Shown here in pieces: positions 22,093 to 31,954 of a stretch of DNA of 64,000 nt (its first letter is position 1; each line of letters starts with the position of its first letter). This DNA comes from Prochlorococcus sp. AG-355-B18. GTDB taxonomy: Bacteria > Cyanobacteriota > Cyanobacteriia > PCC-6307 > Cyanobiaceae. The stretch covers positions 32,001-96,000 of the forward strand of contig QCDI01000005.1 in assembly GCA_003280965.1 (NCBI GenBank), given 5' to 3'. The notes under the pieces were generated by a model. The model was not told the DNA's origin, searched no databases, and was given only the letters and a program-made list of their open reading frames with translations. Made by a program: the position numbers and the translations under genes.

Positions 22093-22722
22093 TCCCACAG
22101 AAAAGGAAAGCCCTCCTGCTACAGCTATTAATCTTTTAATAAATTTGTGACTTGCTTTAAAGGTGGTAAAAGATATTAAACAAGTAAAAAGATTCATACT
22201 AATTAGTGAACCAAACAAATATGAAATCAAATATAAGCAAGCGTTTGTTAAAGGTAGTGCTAAAGCAGGAAGAACTGCAAGAAAATGCGAACCGCCAGCT
22301 ATACCGTGCAGCAAGCCTAAACCTGTCAAGGCATGTGAGTGCTTATTATTATTTTTTTGTTCCTTAACATGAAAGTGAAAGTGACTATGGGCAATCCCAT
22401 TCTCATGCTTATGGGAATGCGAGTGGATTTTTAGTTTAAAAGAATTTTTTATTGCAAATACTCCAACAATTAGAAGAGAAATTCCAACTAGGAATTCGGC
22501 TATACTGGAAAATTTGTTTAATGGCGTAATATCCTTTATGAAAATCGCTAGGAAAGCTAAGAAGAGGATACCTGAAGAGTGTCCTAAGCCCCATGAGAAA
22601 CTATTTTTAAGAGCTTTTTGGGGATTATTAATCGCTGCTGGTACCATTGCAATTAGATGATCAGCGCCACTAACAACATGTACAAATCCTGCAACTACAC
22701 CGGTTAAAATTACAGCCTGCAT
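22051..22722 (-). CDS. Putative high-affinity nickel transporter (UreH/SodT-like)
   Basis: HVVSGADH, WGLGHS, His-rich loop HSHSHKHENGIAHSHFHFH, GLLHGIAG; next to sodN-sodX. Confidence 0.88.
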   Translation of the reverse strand: MQAVILTGVVAGFVHVVSGADHLIAMVPAAINNPQKALKNSFSWGLGHSSGILFLAFLAIFIKDITPLNKFSSIAEFLVGISLLIVGVFAIKNSFKLKIHSHSHKHENGIAHSHFHFHVKEQKNNNKHSHALTGLGLLHGIAGGSHFLAVLPALALPLTNACLYLISYLFGSLISMNLFTCLISFTTFKASHKFIKRLIAVAGGLSFSVGLFWIQRSASVFLN

Positions 22723-22777
22723 ATATATTCAGTCCAACTCTGTTTATTAAATTTTATAGCACGATTTGAAGTCAAAA

Positions 22778-23665
22778 TTAAAGTGAGTTAAATAATTTCT
22801 TGAAAGATTGTTCAATATCACTTTCTCTCATAAAAGTTTCACCAATTAATACTCCCTTGATTCCAATAGAATTGAGCAATTCTAAATCTTCAGCAAAATT
22901 AATTCCGGATTCACTAATGGGAAGAATATTTTGTTTTAAAAATATTTCAGCATATGTGTGCATCAATTCTATTGATGTTTTTAAATCCGTTTTAAAAGTC
23001 TTTAAGTCCCTATTATTTATTCCAATTAAATTAAAAGATTTTAACTTAAGTATCCTTTCTAATTCATTATCGTTATGGACTTCAACAAGAACACTCATCT
23101 TTAAATTATCAGCTATTTTCTTTAGATAAATTAAATCGTCATCACTTAAAATCGCAGCGATTAATAATATTGCATCAGCACCAGATACCCTTGCTTTATA
23201 AATCTGATAAGCAGAAATAATAAAATCTTTGCAGAGTAGGGGGAGATTAGTTGATTTCCTTACAGTTTCGAGTATTTCATAACTACCTTGAAAAAACCTT
23301 TTATCGGTAAGTACTGAGATACATGATGCTCCTAATCCTTCATAACAAATTGCTATTTCTTCAGGGTTAAAATCTTTTCTAATAACTCCTTTGCTCGGAC
23401 TAGCTTTTTTTATTTCAGCAATTACTCCTGGTTTTATTTTTGACTCCAAGATATTTTTATAAAAATCTTTGGGGGCAGGAAGTTTTTCAATCTTTTTTAT
23501 TAGATCTTCTAAAGAAAATATTTTTTTAAAATTTTTAATTTCAATGTCCTTGTGCCATACAATTTCTTCCAGTATATTTTTTGCTTGTGATTCCCTATGA
23601 GGCACAGCATATTCTAAATTTTCTACCCTTACTGTTGGATTTGGTGGCCTGCGTCTTATCTCCAT
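22778..23665 (-). CDS. trpC: Indole-3-glycerol phosphate synthase
   Basis: [28 protein letters not shown] and SESGI motifs. Confidence 0.97.
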   Translation of the reverse strand: MEIRRRPPNPTVRVENLEYAVPHRESQAKNILEEIVWHKDIEIKNFKKIFSLEDLIKKIEKLPAPKDFYKNILESKIKPGVIAEIKKASPSKGVIRKDFNPEEIAICYEGLGASCISVLTDKRFFQGSYEILETVRKSTNLPLLCKDFIISAYQIYKARVSGADAILLIAAILSDDDLIYLKKIADNLKMSVLVEVHNDNELERILKLKSFNLIGINNRDLKTFKTDLKTSIELMHTYAEIFLKQNILPISESGINFAEDLELLNSIGIKGVLIGETFMRESDIEQSFKKLFNSL

Positions 23666-23676
23666 TATTTTAGATA

Positions 23677-25116
23677 TTATTTTATTTGAGAAGCAGCTTG
23701 TTTATACGCGACTTCAACTACTTCACTAAGAGTGGGATGAGTATGAACTTCTTTAGATAATTCAATTACGCCTTGGTTCCTTGAAATAGCATTAGAAATT
23801 TCTTGAATCAAATCAGCTGCATGTAACCCAAAAATATGAGCACCTAATACTTTCCCATTATCTTTATTGAAAATCAACTTTAGTAATCCATCACTCTCCA
23901 ATTCAGCTAATGCTTTTGAATTGGCTTTAAAGAAACTTTTGACAACCCCCAAAGTAAAATTTTCTTTTGCAGATATCTCTTTGGCCTCTGCTTCAGAGAG
24001 ACCAACTGAACTTATCTCAGGGTGAGTAAAGGTTGCTGCTGGGATACTTTTATAATTAATTTCGACGTTGCCACCGCAAATATTATCAACAGCAATAGTA
24101 CCTTGAGCAGCAGCTGTATGTGCAAGCATCAGTTTTCCTGTTACATCTCCAACAGCCCAAATATTGGGAACTATTTCACCACCATTCTTAACCCTCATTT
24201 GATCATCTATAGGAATGAAACCTCTTACTGTTTCGATACCAACCGACTCAAGATTTAAGTTATTACTATTAGGACTTCTGCCAGTTGCAACTAATACAGC
24301 GTCAACTTCTAAAGTTTCAACAACTTCTTTAGATTTTGCATCTGTCAATTCTATTTTTACAGGACATCCAGGCGTTATTTTTGTCGCAAAGACATTTGAT
24401 TTTGTATCTATATCTCTTGCTTGAATAAGGTTCTTTTTAGCAATTTTTGTAATATCTGGATCGAATGTTGGCATAATATTTTCCAAAGCCTCGATCATGG
24501 TAACTTCACAACCTAGCGCGGTATAAACATCAGCAAATTCCAACCCTATATATCCGCTTCCAATAATAGCTATCCATCTTGGAAGCCACTCAAGTTTAAC
24601 CGCATCATCACTAGTAAATACCGTCCTATTATCCAAAGTTATTCCACGGGGGACAAATGGGGAAGAACCAGTTGCTATAACAATATTCTTGCATGTGAAG
24701 ATTTTATCAATTCCGTTTTTATCTCTTACACCTACTTTTTGATTTCCTTCTATTCTGCCAATACCCAAAATAATTTCAACTCCACTCCTTATCAGAGTTT
24801 TTGTTAAATTTTCTCTAACATTTAACACTAAATTATTTGCATGATCTGCAATTTTTGATCTCTCGAACCTTACTGGGGAAGCATGAATTCCAAATTTAGC
24901 TAAATGTTCATAATCAGCTATTTCTCTGACTTTTCCACTTGCAGCCAAAAGAGCTTTAGAGGGGACACAACCCTTGTTAACACATGTGCCTCCCATATCA
25001 GAAGATTCTACTATTGCTACTTTCAGTCCCTTACCAGCAGCATGTTTAGCGGCATCAAAACCTCCATATCCTGCTCCTATAACGATTAAATCAAAATCAA
25101 AACTTGAATCAGTCAC
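23677..25116 (-). CDS. lpdA: Dihydrolipoamide dehydrogenase
   Basis: [19 protein letters not shown] and HTHPTLSE motifs. Confidence 0.96.
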   Translation of the reverse strand: MTDSSFDFDLIVIGAGYGGFDAAKHAAGKGLKVAIVESSDMGGTCVNKGCVPSKALLAASGKVREIADYEHLAKFGIHASPVRFERSKIADHANNLVLNVRENLTKTLIRSGVEIILGIGRIEGNQKVGVRDKNGIDKIFTCKNIVIATGSSPFVPRGITLDNRTVFTSDDAVKLEWLPRWIAIIGSGYIGLEFADVYTALGCEVTMIEALENIMPTFDPDITKIAKKNLIQARDIDTKSNVFATKITPGCPVKIELTDAKSKEVVETLEVDAVLVATGRSPNSNNLNLESVGIETVRGFIPIDDQMRVKNGGEIVPNIWAVGDVTGKLMLAHTAAAQGTIAVDNICGGNVEINYKSIPAATFTHPEISSVGLSEAEAKEISAKENFTLGVVKSFFKANSKALAELESDGLLKLIFNKDNGKVLGAHIFGLHAADLIQEISNAISRNQGVIELSKEVHTHPTLSEVVEVAYKQAASQIK

Positions 25117-25124
25117 TTTTTTAT

Positions 25125-25970
25125 TTACTTATTAGAGGTGTATGCGACTCTTTTTCGTTCTAGTAATAATGGAACTGCAACGCAAGCCACATTCAATGAT
25201 TCTACAAGCTCACTATGCGGAATTGTAATTGTTTCATTAAAAGCTTCTTGAATTTTTTTATGAATACCTTGACCTTCATTACCCAAAATTAATGCGGTAC
25301 GTTTGGACCAATCAATTTCCCAGTAAGGTTTTGAAGGTTTTTTTGAACTCTCATTATGGCTACTAGTAGAGAAAACCTTAAAGCCTGCATTTGATAATTC
25401 AGACAAAGACTTAAGTAAAGAATTTAATATTTCTTCTTCAATTCCATCAAATCTTAAAAATGGCAGATGAAAAACTGCACCTGAGGATGCTCTTAATACC
25501 TTTTGGCCTAGTGGGTGCGCACCTCCAGCTAAAAAAATTGCATTAACACCCGCAGCTAAAGCGGTTCTAAATAGATTACCCATATTCCCAGGATCTTGAA
25601 TTCTGTCGAGAACAAGAACAAAATCATCTTTCCTATTGAATTGATAATCAGGTATTGCTGAAATCTCAACTAAAGCTGCTATCCCATCTGGATTAATTGT
25701 TGAAATCGCAGATGCTAAGACTTCCTCTGAGACAATATTTATTAATGACTCATGAAATTTTTTGCTTAGATTTTGATTCTTTCTTAGCCATTTTTCGGTA
25801 ACTAAAATCCTAGAGGGATTTTTTCCAGATTTCAGCAATTCTTCAATAAGATGTGTACCTTCTATGCAAAAAAAGTCTTGATCTTTTGGAGATGATCCTC
25901 TTTTAAATGATCTAAATCTTTTAACTAGATTATTGTTTTTACTAGTTATTTTTAAAAAAGTATTTTCTAT
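25125..25970 (-). CDS. TrmH/SpoU family RNA methyltransferase; start uncertain (track start is TTG at 25838, but the frame is open to 26003)
   Basis: IQDPGNMG, GNEGQG and ESLNVA SPOUT motifs; upstream in-frame ITSKNN.LVK and FCIEGTHLIEE. Confidence 0.85.
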   Translation of the reverse strand: MENTFLKITSKNNNLVKRFRSFKRGSSPKDQDFFCIEGTHLIEELLKSGKNPSRILVTEKWLRKNQNLSKKFHESLINIVSEEVLASAISTINPDGIAALVEISAIPDYQFNRKDDFVLVLDRIQDPGNMGNLFRTALAAGVNAIFLAGGAHPLGQKVLRASSGAVFHLPFLRFDGIEEEILNSLLKSLSELSNAGFKVFSTSSHNESSKKPSKPYWEIDWSKRTALILGNEGQGIHKKIQEAFNETITIPHSELVESLNVACVAVPLLLERKRVAYTSNK

Positions 25971-26158
25971 GAGTAAGTTTGAAAATTTGTTATCAACTAT
26001 ATTTTAATTACATAAAAATTTTGATCAATTATTTATTAAATTTTTATTTCCCAAGAAATCAAAAATACATTTTCACTTTTAATTAATATTCATGACGTTA
26101 CATAGGGTGGACTTAATATTATTAGTTTGTCATGATGAATCTAATAAATTAAGTCTTA

Positions 26159-27529
26159 ATGATTTGCGGAAGCAAAACAAAGTCATATCTTAAATCGCAA
26201 AATTTAAAGATTCTTGGCCAAGGCAAGTTAAATGGAATAGTTGAAATAAGTGGTGCGAAGAATTCCGCCTTAGTTTTATTAGCCTCATCATTGCTAACTA
26301 ATGAAAAAATAATTCTTGAAAATGTACCTTTTCTCACTGATATTGAAAAGATGGGGAATATCTTAAAGAATTTAGGAGGTAATTTAGTTCGTAAAAACAA
26401 CCAACTAGAAATAGATCCAACAACTATTTCGATTAAAGAACTTCCATATGAACTTGTTAAAGGATTAAGAGCCAGTTTCTTTTGTATAGGTGCACTATTA
26501 ACTAAATTTGGAGAAGCTCAAGTACCCTTACCAGGTGGATGCAATATTGGCTCAAGGCCAATAGACGAGCACATTAATGGACTAATCGCATTAGGAGCAG
26601 ACATTATTATTGAAGAGGGAATTGTCAAGGCAAAAATAAGGGGAAACAAAAATAGACTTCATGGCACTCATATTAAATTAAATTGTCCAAGTGTAGGTGC
26701 TACTGAAACTTTAATAATGGCAGCCTCTTTAGCTAAAGGAAGAACTACTATTGAAAATGCTGCTAGAGAGCCTGAAGTTCAAGATTTATGCCAAATGCTT
26801 AATAAAATGGGGGCAAAAATTTATGACTCTGGTAAAGAAACAATTATTATTGATGGTGTTAATAAGCTTGGCGGATGTACCCATAAAGTAATTCCAGACC
26901 GAATAGAAGCTGGAACTTTTCTAATAGCTGCTGCTGCAACTTCCTCTTCAATAACAATCTCTCCAGTAATCCCTCATCATCTTGAAGCTGTTACTAATAA
27001 GCTTCAAGAGAGTGGGAGTAAAATTACGATTAAAGGTAATTCGATTTCTATCAAGAGTAATGAGATTAAAGGAGTAGATATTGAAACAGCTCCTTTTCCA
27101 GGCTTTCCTACTGATTTGCAGGCACCATTTACTACTCTAATGACAATCGCAAATGGTGAATCAAAGGTAACTGAAACAATTTTCGAAAACAGAATGAATC
27201 ACATTTATTTACTTAATGAAATGGGCGCCCGTATAAAATTAAACAAAAACGTAGCTCACATCAAAGGTGTTAAAACAATTAATGGGATGAATCTAGTTGG
27301 CTCAGATTTAAGGTCATCAGCTGCATTAATAATTGCAGGAATCATCGCAAAAGGTATTAGCAAGATCTATGGATTAGAACATTTAGATAGAGGTTATGAA
27401 AATTTTGAATTAAAACTAAAAAATTTAGGTGTAAAAATAACTAGGGAGATTAGTAAAAATACCTTTGAGGAGAATGAATATAAAATTGAACCTAAATCTG
27501 AGAATCCTTCAAAACTCGAAGCAGCTTAG
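26159..27529 (+). CDS. murA: UDP-N-acetylglucosamine 1-carboxyvinyltransferase
   Basis: SGAKNS, LPGGCNIGSRP, SVGATE, PGFPTDLQ and HLDRGYE motifs. Confidence 0.97.
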   Translation: MICGSKTKSYLKSQNLKILGQGKLNGIVEISGAKNSALVLLASSLLTNEKIILENVPFLTDIEKMGNILKNLGGNLVRKNNQLEIDPTTISIKELPYELVKGLRASFFCIGALLTKFGEAQVPLPGGCNIGSRPIDEHINGLIALGADIIIEEGIVKAKIRGNKNRLHGTHIKLNCPSVGATETLIMAASLAKGRTTIENAAREPEVQDLCQMLNKMGAKIYDSGKETIIIDGVNKLGGCTHKVIPDRIEAGTFLIAAAATSSSITISPVIPHHLEAVTNKLQESGSKITIKGNSISIKSNEIKGVDIETAPFPGFPTDLQAPFTTLMTIANGESKVTETIFENRMNHIYLLNEMGARIKLNKNVAHIKGVKTINGMNLVGSDLRSSAALIIAGIIAKGISKIYGLEHLDRGYENFELKLKNLGVKITREISKNTFEENEYKIEPKSENPSKLEAA

Positions 27530-27567
27530 TCCTTTAAACAAATATTTTCAGAACTAAGAAAATTGAT

Positions 27568-27678
27568 TTAAAAGTAAGCAATATTGATTAGTGAAATACA
27601 ACCCAAAAATAATATAAACAAAACTAGAAAGCGGTTAGACCAAATTTTATTTAAACCATTAAATTTGAATTCATTCAT
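27568..27678 (-). CDS. Putative 36-aa single-TM small protein (not in ORF track)
   Basis: MNEFKFNGLNKIWSNRFLVLFILFLGCISLINIAYF; its ATG overlaps the upstream TGA (ATGA). Confidence 0.45.
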   Translation of the reverse strand: MNEFKFNGLNKIWSNRFLVLFILFLGCISLINIAYF

Positions 27679-27782
27679 GCCCAAGTTCCGTTATTAGATC
27701 CAAATGTTGTCAGTATAGTCACTGCAATAAATAGATAAGGAACAAATTTAAAAGATAATTTTTTAGCTTGTGTTTTAGACAT
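27675..27782 (-). CDS. Putative 35-aa single-TM small protein (not in ORF track)
   Basis: MSKTQAKKLSFKFVPYLFIAVTILTTFGSNNGTWA; basic N-terminus then a hydrophobic helix; TATTAT -10-like hexamer at 27805-27810. Confidence 0.55.
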   Translation of the reverse strand: MSKTQAKKLSFKFVPYLFIAVTILTTFGSNNGTWA

Positions 27783-28024
27783 TTGTTTTTTTATTAAATA
27801 TAACATAATATTACTAATCATGAAGCTATCCCCTCAGAAAAAGACTTTTAAGCGCAATTAATCACAAAAATGTATCATAAATGTTTAAATTTTCTTTTTT
27901 TACCTTATTTCTTGTCAGCAAATGCAATAAATAATTCTATGTTTTTATCGAAAAGATTAACTATTTACAAACGTTATCTTGATAACTTTTCCTTGACCTA
28001 AAGAATAGTCAATAAGTTGATTTT

Positions 28025-28033
28025 TGTTATAAT
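28025..28033 (+). promoter_or_regulatory. Extended -10 promoter element (TGnTATAAT) for tRNA-Leu/argD/folC
   Basis: TGTTATAAT ending 27 nt before the tRNA 5' end. Confidence 0.65.
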
Positions 28034-28060
28034 AAAAAAGTTCATTTTTGCAAAAGCCTT

Positions 28061-28142
28061 GGGAGCGTGGTGGAATTGGTAGACGCACCGCACTCAAAAT
28101 GCGGCACCTTCGGGTATGTCGGTTCAAGTCCGACCGCTCCCA
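28061..28142 (+). tRNA. trnL: tRNA-Leu (CAA)
   Basis: Acceptor GGGAGCG/CGCTCCC plus A; anticodon arm CCGCA-CTCAAAA-TGCGG; long variable arm; GGTTCAAGTCC; no encoded CCA. Confidence 0.97.
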
Positions 28143-28147
28143 CTTTG

Positions 28148-29323
28148 ATGAATACCTATAGTCGATTCGATATATCTTTCAAAAAAGGAAAAGGTTGTTG
28201 GCTATGGGACAAAACAGGTAAACGGTATCTTGATGCAGTCGCTGGTATAGCAACTTGTAGTCTTGGACATAGCGATAGAGTTTTAAGAAGAAGGTTATCA
28301 ACTCAACTAAAAAAGATTCAGCACATTTCTAATCTCTACAACATTGAAGAACAAGAACAATTAAGCAGAACTTTAACGAATATGAGTTGTGCTAAAAGCG
28401 TCTTCTTCTGCAATAGTGGTGCGGAAGCAAATGAATCAGCAATTAAATTAATTAAAAAATATGGTAATACAACAAATAAAGGAAAAGAATCAATTATTCT
28501 CGCAGCAGAATCCAGCTTTCATGGAAGGACGCTTGCAGCCTTGAGTGCCACTGGACAGCCCAAATATCAAAAAGGTTTTGAACCAATGATTCAAGGGTTC
28601 AAATTTTTTAAATTTAACAATTTTGATTCGGTAAAAAAATTATTTGAAGAGTGTGAAAATAATGATCAAAAAATTTCCGGCGTTTTAGTTGAACCAATAC
28701 AAGGAGAAGGCGGCGTAATTCCTGGAAGTAAAATATTTTTTAAAAGCTTAAGAGATATATGTGATAAATATAATTCTCTTCTCATTTTAGATGAGGTCCA
28801 AAGTGGAGTAGGTCGAACTGGGAAAATGTGGGGTTATGAGAATTTAGGAATTGAACCTGATGGATTCACACTAGCTAAAGGATTAGGAGGAGGTCATGCA
28901 ATTGGAGCATTATTGGTAAAAGAAAAAGCCAACATTTTTTCTCCAGGAGATCATGCAAGCACTTTTGGAGGGAACCCATTCGCCTGTAAAGCTGCCCTAA
29001 CTGTATTAGAAGAAATAAATAGAAGAAATATTATCAATAATGTTTATCAAAGAGGGGAACAATTAAGTGCTGGGTTTGAAGAATTGTCAAAAAAATTTCC
29101 AAATATTATTAGAGGGAAAAGAGGTTTAGGTTTAATACAAGGTCTTGTGATCAATGATGGATATGCTGATGCAAAAGAAATTACATTAAAAGCTTTTGAT
29201 AAAGGATTGCTGGTAGTTCCTGCAGGAGGAAATGTTGTAAGGATTGTCCCACCATTAGTTATATCTCGAAGAGAAATTAATATTCTTTTGGAAAAGCTAA
29301 ATTCAATTTTTGAAGAGTTATAG
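28148..29323 (+). CDS. argD: Acetylornithine aminotransferase (start re-called to ATG 28148 or TTG 28145; the track start lies inside the tRNA)
   Basis: MNTYSRF, NSGAEANE, SFHGRT, EPIQGEGG, DEVQSG and TLAKGLGGG motifs. Confidence 0.92.
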   Translation: MNTYSRFDISFKKGKGCWLWDKTGKRYLDAVAGIATCSLGHSDRVLRRRLSTQLKKIQHISNLYNIEEQEQLSRTLTNMSCAKSVFFCNSGAEANESAIKLIKKYGNTTNKGKESIILAAESSFHGRTLAALSATGQPKYQKGFEPMIQGFKFFKFNNFDSVKKLFEECENNDQKISGVLVEPIQGEGGVIPGSKIFFKSLRDICDKYNSLLILDEVQSGVGRTGKMWGYENLGIEPDGFTLAKGLGGGHAIGALLVKEKANIFSPGDHASTFGGNPFACKAALTVLEEINRRNIINNVYQRGEQLSAGFEELSKKFPNIIRGKRGLGLIQGLVINDGYADAKEITLKAFDKGLLVVPAGGNVVRIVPPLVISRREINILLEKLNSIFEEL

Positions 29324-29334
29324 CAATTTAAATT

Positions 29335-30567
29335 TTGAAAAATGCAAATTTAAAAATTTTTGAATTATTATCTCCTAAATATGAAAGGGATAATATCAAG
29401 TTAGGTTTATCAAGAATTAAAAAAGCACTTCAAGAACTTGGTAATCCTTGCAAGAGTATCCCTGCAATACAGATTATTGGAACCAATGGGAAAGGATCAA
29501 TCGCAGCATATTTAGAAAGTATACTTTTTGAAGCTAAAAGGAATTTCGGTGTAACGACATCTCCTCATCTTTTTGATATATGCGAGAGGATCAGAGTCAA
29601 TAAAAAAAATATTAATAAAACTGATTTTGAAAAAATCTATAGATTAATAGAAAAAAAATTTTCAACATTTGAATTAACTCCTTTTGAAAAAATCATTTGT
29701 TGCGCACTAAATTTTTTTGACCATAAAAAAGTTGAATTACTCATTCTTGAAGCTGGCTTAGGGGGACGATTAGACGCGACAACAGCCCATAAATCTAGAC
29801 CAATTATTGCTATTGGGAATATTGGCTTAGACCATACAGAATTTCTTGGAGATACGATTGAAAAAATTGCCGAAGAAAAATTAGCAGTTATTGAAAAAAA
29901 CTCAATTGTCATCTCATGTAATCAAAATAGTCAAGTTGAAAATTTAATAACCAAAAAAGTTAAAGAGGTAGGAGCAGAAATTATCTGGAAAGATTCAATT
30001 TCAAACAGCTATGAGCTTGGATTAAAAGGAATTTTTCAAAAGCAAAATGCTTCAGTAGCTATTGGAGCAATTGAAGCGCTGAATAATTTAGGATTTAACA
30101 TAAATGAAAAACACATATCTGAAGGTCTTAAAAACACAACTTGGAAGGGAAGGCTAGAAATAATAAATTATTTCAACAAAGAAATTCTTGTAGATTGTGC
30201 GCATAATTATCCTGCTGCCAAAGCACTCTCTTATGAGCGAAGCAATTGGGAGAATGAAGATAAAGGAATTTATTGGATTTTAGGGGTCCAAAGACAAAAA
30301 GATATTTACGCAATATTAAAAACACTTTTAAAGAAAAATGATCGCTTATTACTTGTGCCAGTTCCAAACCAACCTAGTTGGCAATTAAATGATCTCTCTC
30401 AGATTAAAGAAATTGACTTTCAAAAAACAATTGAATTTAAAACATTTGAACTTGCCATTGAGTATTTATTTTCCCTAGAAAAATGGCCACCTAATCATCC
30501 TGTTCTAACAGGTTCTATTTTTTTAGTTGCTGAATTTATTAAATTTGCGAATAAACAGAAATATTAG
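29335..30567 (+). CDS. folC: Folylpolyglutamate synthase/dihydrofolate synthase
   Basis: GTNGKGS, TSPHL, EAGLGGRLDAT, DCAHN and TGSIFLV motifs. Confidence 0.95.
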   Translation: MKNANLKIFELLSPKYERDNIKLGLSRIKKALQELGNPCKSIPAIQIIGTNGKGSIAAYLESILFEAKRNFGVTTSPHLFDICERIRVNKKNINKTDFEKIYRLIEKKFSTFELTPFEKIICCALNFFDHKKVELLILEAGLGGRLDATTAHKSRPIIAIGNIGLDHTEFLGDTIEKIAEEKLAVIEKNSIVISCNQNSQVENLITKKVKEVGAEIIWKDSISNSYELGLKGIFQKQNASVAIGAIEALNNLGFNINEKHISEGLKNTTWKGRLEIINYFNKEILVDCAHNYPAAKALSYERSNWENEDKGIYWILGVQRQKDIYAILKTLLKKNDRLLLVPVPNQPSWQLNDLSQIKEIDFQKTIEFKTFELAIEYLFSLEKWPPNHPVLTGSIFLVAEFIKFANKQKY

Positions 30568-31916
30568 ATTTGAAATTGTTCTTTTACTTCCCAACCTTCC
30601 AATTTTCCTGGATTTAATAACCCTTTAGGATCAAATCTTAATTTCGCTTTTACTTGATCTGCATCCACCACTCCAAGGCCTCCGCCTTCAACAGTTAAAA
30701 CATGAGGATTAAAAATAAACGCACCAAGTTTCTTGCAATCTTCAATTATTTCATGTAATTCTTCTTCACCATTCCACATTAAAACAGGCAAAGCCGCTAA
30801 TCGAGGTGATCCTTGTTGAGAAACTGCCTCTAAATGCCAAAGAACTTTTTTACCCCATTTTTTTCTCATAAAATTAATTAATGTTAGTTCATTATTAAGT
30901 GGCAAAAGCATCTGTAAATACGTCCAATTTTTATCCCTAGACCTCATATGAAGAGTTGTATGATTCCATACGACATCAGAAATTCCATTCACGAGCTTTT
31001 CTTCTTCCCCAAGTAGGGTATATTCAACTTTAAATTTTTTACAAATTAGCTCGATGGTTTTTATTCCTCCAAGAGTAGATTGAATTAATATCTTGTGACT
31101 TCTAGATTTACTTTTAAACCATTTTGGCATTTGATCTACAATTTCTTCTTCAAGAATTGCTCCTAATTTCAGATTAATTGCTGCGCTAGTAAGAGTTTTC
31201 AATATTTCTATTGTTTTTTCAAATTCAATACAGTCGATAACTAATGAGTACCACTTACGTTTGATATCAGTAGAAAGTAATAAAGAAGTAATTATTCCAT
31301 TCGTCCCATAAGCATGATTTAGAGGTTCGGATTCTTCAGCATCAAATTTTAATAATACAGGTTTTTCATTCATCGTTACTGCCTCTAAACCTATAAGATT
31401 TCCTGGATCTCTTAAAAATCCCCACCTAATGGAACCAATACCTCCTGATCCACCTGCAATAAAACCTCCAATTGTTGCAGTTTTCCAAGTACTAGGAAGT
31501 AACCTCAATTCCCTCCCATATTTCTCTAGTTGTTTATTCAAATCTCCCATAACACAGCCAGACTGTACTTTTACAAAGCCTGTATCTGGATCAAATTCTT
31601 CTAACTTATTAAATTGGCTCATCTGCATTACAACTCCTTTAAATAATGGGACAGCTTGTCCATAATTACCTGTACCTGAACCCCTTAAAGTAAGTGGGAT
31701 AGATAATTCCCAACAAATTTCTGCTACTTCCTTTACCGCTTTGTGATCACTAGGTCTTACCACCAAATCAGCAATACATTCGTCTAATTTTTCAGTAAGG
31801 ATTGGAGAGTAGTTATAAAAATCTTTTGAAAGTCTTTTGACATCGGATTTATTTTCAATGATCTCTAAGTTTTTGACTTCTCTAAATTTGTCTATAAATT
31901 TAAGTTTTGATATCAT
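30564..31916 (-). CDS. FAD-linked oxidoreductase (GlcD/VAO-type FAD-binding domain)
   Basis: RGSGTGNYGQ, ATIGGFIAGGSGG, GTNGIIT and C-terminal DPKGLLNPGK motifs. Confidence 0.9.
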   Translation of the reverse strand: MISKLKFIDKFREVKNLEIIENKSDVKRLSKDFYNYSPILTEKLDECIADLVVRPSDHKAVKEVAEICWELSIPLTLRGSGTGNYGQAVPLFKGVVMQMSQFNKLEEFDPDTGFVKVQSGCVMGDLNKQLEKYGRELRLLPSTWKTATIGGFIAGGSGGIGSIRWGFLRDPGNLIGLEAVTMNEKPVLLKFDAEESEPLNHAYGTNGIITSLLLSTDIKRKWYSLVIDCIEFEKTIEILKTLTSAAINLKLGAILEEEIVDQMPKWFKSKSRSHKILIQSTLGGIKTIELICKKFKVEYTLLGEEEKLVNGISDVVWNHTTLHMRSRDKNWTYLQMLLPLNNELTLINFMRKKWGKKVLWHLEAVSQQGSPRLAALPVLMWNGEEELHEIIEDCKKLGAFIFNPHVLTVEGGGLGVVDADQVKAKLRFDPKGLLNPGKLEGWEVKEQFQI

Positions 31917-31954
31917 TAATAAAAATTTTTATGCTTTGTATATAAATTAGCCAA

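Noticed and set aside
26090..26135. Inverted repeat TCATGAC...GTCATGA upstream of murA
   Set aside because: Only 7 bp with a 32-nt spacer and a self-palindromic core; compatible with chance
27820..28001. Three plus-strand ATG ORFs of 13-20 aa upstream of tRNA-Leu
   Set aside because: Too short, no coding features, and they lie in a likely divergent promoter region
28067..28147. 27-aa N-terminal extension of ArgD in the ORF track (MVELVDAPHSKCG...)
   Set aside because: It is the translation of the tRNA-Leu gene; ArgD similarity begins at about MNTYSRF
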